From positions 25,472,213-25,536,212 of the forward strand of contig OZ234493.1 in assembly GCA_965153455.1 (NCBI GenBank): DNA of 64,000 bases, read 5' to 3'. The notes beneath the pieces were generated by a model. The model saw only the letters and a program-made list of their open reading frames with translations, ran no database searches and was not told the origin of the DNA. This DNA comes from Sphagnum compactum (lineage: Eukaryota). The stretch's first letter is position 1; every line of letters begins with the position of its first letter. Below, in pieces: positions 58,080-64,000 of this stretch. A program made the position numbers and the translations under genes.

Positions 58080-59591
58080 TATTTGAAATCTTAGTGCAAG
58101 AAAAAGAATTGTCATGTTCTTTGAACTTGTCAAATGGAAGGTGGTTTTTTGCAGGTAGATTGTCAAACCAATAGAATATATGTGTGTATATGACCCATCA
58201 AGCAAAAGGTTGGCATTGACCTTCACAAAACAGCCGAAAGTTGCAAAGTTGTCAGTTGTATGAAGCCAATGAGTATTAAAGCAAAAGTGAGAAAGGTCTC
58301 ATAGAAACACTGAACTTCATGCATGGGGACCACTGAGAAAATGACAAATTTTTTGACAGTGATCCCTGGAAAATACCATGCATGCGCTTTTAATGCTGTG
58401 ATTGCGAATCTTCATGAGTTTCTGTTGTTGGATCAGCTACACCCATACTTGGCACTTGGCCCTGCAATAATATTTCTCACATCTAAGATTTGCCCATTTT
58501 CATGTTTCACAAGCCCCACCCATGTATATGATACTAGTAGGATTGTAAAAGTCAGAACCTATTCATAGCAAACCACTTTGACTAATCAATATAGGCTTGT
58601 AGCCAATAATGAGTCCTTGTTACATTGTGTAACGACTTTTGCTAGCCTCAACATATTGAGTCAAAATGTTGAGCCATAGCCATTTTACTGAGCTTGTTGA
58701 GAGCAAATTTTTATGAATCTTCATCCAAAACATGATGTGCAATGCGTCAATGGAGGTGCTCTTGAGTAGCTTGCATATATTATATTGAAGTATTTCATAT
58801 CTTCCAACCAAATCTTCTGATTCAATCTTGAGCAAGAAGCTTACCACTTCATGCAAATCACCAACAAACAATGGTAATTGTAGAGTAGAGGGTTTGTAGA
58901 CAACGGCCAAGGTCATGGTGAGCTTTCCATCCACCATTCCTAACCACTGGCATCAGTTCTGGAGTTAGTTCTTCACATTTCAAGGGTCAAGGGTTTACCC
59001 TAAACCCTAAATGCCTAAACCCAATTTTTTTGAAAAAAAATTGCACACTCAAGACATGGTCCGAAAGCAAGAGTTACATATATGCCTAATGTAAACCCCA
59101 CCCCCACCCAGCCCCAAATTATTATTCAAAAACGTGTCGTTGTTATTATTCAAAACCCTTTTTTTTTTTTCAAACTAACAACTAATCCCAACAACAAAAA
59201 GTAATTAAATAATTAAAAAAAAAAATTCAGAATCGAAACCTTATTAAAAACAAGTTTTGAGGTCGATCGCAATTTTAGTTTTTGGTCGATTATCAGTTCA
59301 ATTTTGGTTTTGAATTTTTTTTCAAAATTTAGAACGGGTGGTATGGGTACCCAATTCAGCATTCAGGTTTGGAATTGGCCCTAACTGGTTCGGGCTTTCT
59401 AAGTTAAAGCATCCCTACCCATACTAGGTATCTAGGCCTTAACTAATATTTCACTAAATAAGGATAACCGGGTGATACCCAGGTTATCAATATATTGAAA
59501 ATATATCAGGTTATCAATATACCTGGGCTGGTTAGACGAGTGGGAGTCACCATTCCCACACAAAGAAAAACCTTGTGAAATCCAGTGGAAA

Positions 59592-60413
59592 CTAGTTTGA
59601 ACCCCGTGCCTAATGCACAGGTGTGTTATTTCAACAATGTTTGGTTCATGTTTTAGTTTTGATGACTAAAACTACTATTAGGGTTTAGGGTTCCTGTCGA
59701 GGTAGTGTGTTCTTTGCAAGGGTTTTAGGGTGACAAACTTTTTTGGGATGAGAGATTTCATGCAGCCAATGGTAAGGCCCAAACATGCACTTAAGGTGCC
59801 TTGCTTTTTTTCCTTTTAAGTTTTTTTTGCCATTTTTCCCAGGTTCCCAATGTGATCCCACTATGTTTTTTAAAAGTTTCCAATGGGTTTTGGTCAGGTT
59901 CCCAATATGTTCCCCAACGTGTTCTCCATAGCACGTCACTTTTATCCCATATATGGATTGGCAAATGTTGTCCTCCTGTCACCTATAAAGGTGGGGCCAA
60001 AGGGGGGAGCAACTCAATACATTCATATAGAACAAAGAGAACAATCTACTTGGGGGATCCTCCATAGTTTCATCTGTTTTGAATGACAGGCCAATCAAAT
60101 TGGCTCGTTGTAAAAAAAGAAAAAAAAAGAAAGAAATTGGGAAGCTCCTCATCTAATAATTAATTAATAGGAGAGGTTAATAGGTAGCTCAATAGGCTAG
60201 GGGGAGGGAGTTAAGGTAAAGTTGTACTGGAGACTTCATTGCTTCATGATGTAACAGTCAGAGATCAGACGATGAACCTTAAAATCTAAAGGGGACACAG
60301 ATAGACCGACGATTACAGATAGACAGACAAACAAACCGACGGTCACAGACTAACTGACAAACAGACCGACGGTCAAAGACAAACTGACAGACTTAGTGAA
60401 TTAATATATAAGA
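59592..60413 (-). mobile_element. Non-autonomous Helitron (822 bp)
   Basis: Minus strand starts A|TCTTATATATTAAT and ends with hairpin CCTGTGC-attag-GCACGGG, 8 nt, then CTAG|T. Inserted between host A and T with no TSD. Confidence 0.75.
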
Positions 60414-60849
60414 TTGGTAACCTACTTTGAACCATAACTCATAAATGAGTGGTAAGCTTGTTAAGAGCCTTGTAGCACTACAAACACTAGAACACACACT
60501 TACAATGCAAGTATGTAGTGCATACTGTTTTATATCACCAATTTTTGCAATGAATTTGTTTGATTTGCATACAGATAACTTCCATATGAAATGGATTCTT
60601 AGGAGGAAGTAAAATCCACATTCAAGTATTGATCAGTCATTGCAAATTACATTATTCGATTGACTGAAGATTTCGTGGTAATCTTGATTAAAATTTGAAA
60701 CATAATATGATTTTGTCACATTTTATGTAGATCAAGAAACAATCGTATTGTCATCATCTAGTAGTGACCTCCAACAATTTGTAAAACAAGGGAAATTTTT
60801 AATTTGTGAAATCCTCAAATGAATGCAACATCCTTTGAATAGAGGTTGC

Positions 60850-61030
60850 TAACTAAATTGGGAACTTGAAGAGGTCTTGGCACTTGTGCAAGTGAATGGT
60901 GATGAACATGTACCGAGCTTTGGCCAAATCCATATTAGGGAGAACATGGAATTTGTTGTCAGTATGTTGAACCAAAAAACTAATTCAAATGTAATTATGA
61001 AGATTAGATATTCAAATCATCATTGTAGGG
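60850..61030 (+). pseudogene. Myb/SANT (trihelix-like) DNA-binding domain relic, probably a Harbinger accessory ORF
   Basis: LNWELEEVLALVQVNGDEH...ENMEFVVSM resembles the W-x3-E-x2-AL(I/V) first helix of Myb/SANT-like domains. Degenerate. Confidence 0.4.
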
Positions 61031-63114
61031 TCCAACCACTCAGATAGGAGCCAACCCACCCCCTTTAGACCTATGCTTTTAATTGTTGTTTAAAAGAATA
61101 TATTTGGAATATTTGGAATATATTATTATTATTATTTGAATCTTCAGAAAAAATTTAGTATTATTATGTTAAGGTTTATCTTAAAAATTTGGAAAACTTG
61201 TATCATGTAAAAAAATTCAAGTTTTGATTTATTTGTTTTTATTGTGTAATTATTGCTTTCAAAATTTGGTTACATAACATAAAAAATATTTTTATGTAAT
61301 TTTTTTCATTGGATTGATTTAAATTTTTTGGATATTTATACCAATATATTGAAAATAATATTGTATTATAAAATCATTAGGTGGTTTTTTTTTAACAATT
61401 TAAAATACACAAAATTAAACGGTCATTATGACTACTAATGGTATGTATTAGTGTGATTGCACCATGTAAAATGGGGGAACTTTTCAGGCGACTTTGAAAA
61501 AATCTATAATTATGATTGTGACACAAAACATGGTAAGGATTATTGAACTTTCATGCCACAAGATACAATGCAATATAATGTCCCTTTAATTATAATGTCT
61601 ATGGTTTTATTCAAACCATCATGGGGTTAATACCTGTATTCGCGTGTGAATGTAAGAAATATTATGGGCAACAACGATCACATGTACATAGTTACAAAAT
61701 TTCAAGATGAAATAGTTATAGATGTATTAAACCTTCAACGTATGGATCTCATATATGATTTTTTCATAAGATAAAAGGAAATTGGCACATGTTAATGTTA
61801 TTTTTTACAACTTTAATGACTTTTATCATTCCGCGTCAAGGGACTACAAATGTTATGCATGTTTATTTAAAATGATGCTGTAAATGGTTCCAAGTGTGGG
61901 GTTGTTGAAAATTCATTCTTTTGCAATCAAATAAAATTACTTAATAATTGTAGCAAAGTTCAATACCGAAGACAAAAACATAATGAAAAAGATTATGACA
62001 AATATAATATGCATAGATTTCATGGGTTCATTTCAAATTCATGCGAAATCTGTTATTTCATATGTTTGTATTGTTTAGACACAAATGTCATGCATTATTT
62101 AAACATAGAAGTTGTGTGCACAACTTTTGTTTGTAAACAACACAAATAAACATACAATATTCATATGTAAATAATATGAACAAGCATATGATATTCGTGT
62201 TTAAACAATGTGCATAACATTAATGTTCAACAATACAAGTAAATGAATGATATCTATGTCTATTCCATACAAACTTAAGAAAAACAAATTTCACACAATT
62301 AATATTACCATATCATGGCCCATGAAATTTATGATGATGATATATATATTCATCATCCATACAAGGTTGTGCTAACAATTAAGATAATTCATTAATTCAC
62401 TCCAAACTTGCACACCCAATCTTTCACGCCCTTGTAAATCAACTTGTTGCATCTTGTATTGTGGCAATTTGTGTTACATTCTTATTCATTGTCATTTGAA
62501 TGTTGACCAATGTCATCTCGTGTAATAATTCATTATAGTCATTATATATCATATTTAGAATAATGATCACATAATATATTATGGAAGACGTACGTTTTTT
62601 TTTTAATACAAGTTCAAGAACCTCAAAATTCTTGAATTGTTAATTAACCTTGACATTACTTTAAACAAGTTGATGAAGTGCTTTCAACGATCAACAATAG
62701 CTTGTGCCACATTATGTTAAAACATGACATTTGTGACTTGGACATTTTGATACTAATGCCTAAACCTAGTCATGTACTCATTTGCGACATGTGAAATGCC
62801 TAATTAATCATTTGGTTACACAACTAATTTAATTGTTATGAATATGTGCCTATAATCATTTTGATGATGGTCAAACATGTTTGCCTTAATTTTTTGTTAT
62901 CATATTTTTTATGCACTTTTAACAATTAAAAAAATGAAAATAATAATAATTTACAATTAAAAATGCAATAAATAATTGAACACATGGAAATGAAATGGAA
63001 TATATAGGTAGGCTAACATATAGTCCATGGTCCCTTTGAAAATGAAACCAATTGATTTTCCCCTCCAAAATTGTGTCATGTAAGTTTAGCCTCAATTTGC
63101 CACTTTTTGGTCTC

Positions 63115-63560
63115 GGACCCTCATCTAAAGGCCATGGGTCCCTATTTATGGCTGTCAACCAATAGGATTGCTCAATTTCATTGGACCCTGGACCTTAGAC
63201 GCTCATCTAAAGGCCATGGGCCCAATTTATGGCTCTCAACCAATAGGATTGTTGGACCCTCATCTAAAGTCGGGGGGTCCAACTTATGGCTCTCAAACAA
63301 TAGGATTGCTCTATTTTATTGAATCCTGGACCTTAGACTCCATCTAAAGGCCAGGGGTCCAATTTACAGCTCTCAACCAATAGGATAATTGGACCCTCAT
63401 CTAAAGTCCAGGGGTCCGATTTATGGCTCTCAACCAATAGGATTGCTTACTTCATTGGACCCTGGACCTTAGACACTCATCTTAAGGCCCGGGGTCCCAA
63501 TTTATGGCCCTCAAAACAATAGGATCGCTCTATTTCATTGGACCCTGGACCTTGGACCCT
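63115..63560. repeat. Higher-order tandem array (alternating ~86/~52-bp subunits, 6 subunits)
   Basis: Core ctcatctaaag.cc..gggtcc.atttatggctctcaaccaataggat occurs six times. Subunits 1, 3, 5 and 6 add tgct.atttcattggaccctggacctt. Confidence 0.9.
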
Positions 63561-64000
63561 CTTGCCCTAAGTACTTATTAGGCGTTGCATCTTCCTTGGC
63601 AGGCCGGCAGGAGAAGAAGGAGAGAGAGCGGCGATTAAATCCCGGAGTTGCGAGTCGAGCGAACGTGTCAGCATTACGTTGGATTGCTGCAGAGACTGAT
63701 CCCGTCGTGGCAAGACGCGAGTAGAGATCATCTGGATGACTACACGCGTCAGATGTTCGACGTGCGAGACGAAGCTCCGGAAGCTCCTGGACTCCCCTTC
63801 CCGCCGTGCCGTCCCTCCCAAACCACCGTTGAGTCGTTAGTCCTTACGCGTGTCGCGCTCATTGCTTGACACACTGCTCCTCCCTCGCATGCGCTACTGT
63901 ATGGTTCTCTTCCTTCCTTCCTTCCTTCCTTTTGTTTTATATCCCTCACTATCGATCAACATTTCCATATCCACAACAACGACGTCTGTGAAAAGAGTTT

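Noticed and set aside
58620..58937. 105-aa minus-strand ORF
   Set aside because: No recognisable motif or supporting exon structure; cannot be called without a database search.
58995..59022. CCCTAAA telomere-like repeats
   Set aside because: Only 2-3 degenerate units; too short to call an interstitial telomere.
63567..63949. Overlapping short ORFs at the window end
   Set aside because: GC-rich sequence gives chance ORFs in several frames, several with non-ATG starts; no family recognised.

Overview
Eukaryotic land-plant nuclear DNA. Intron style, repeat families and composition suggest a moss such as Sphagnum (inference, not verified). Three intact spliced genes can be built exon by exon: AP-2 sigma subunit (minus, 2596-4795, 6 coding exons, 142 aa), casein kinase I (minus, 16905-21257, 14 coding exons, 483 aa) and a DUF266/GT14-like BC10-type glycosyltransferase (plus, 55044-57103, 2 exons, 407 aa). 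The rest is mostly decayed transposon sequence: a hAT transposase relic, a CRE-like RLE non-LTR retrotransposon tail, Harbinger nuclease and Myb/SANT relics, a chromovirus Ty3/gypsy pol relic split by a TIR element, nested CACTA derivatives, a solo LTR with a perfect 5-bp TSD, a complete non-autonomous Helitron, several MITE families and many minisatellites. No rRNA, tRNA or CRISPR array was seen. I cannot support a wholly new biological system. The best leads are the RLE retroelement, the TIR element with an ambiguous TSD, the GTCY-microsatellite Helitron, promoter-proximal minisatellites and candidate non-coding exons downstream of CK1.
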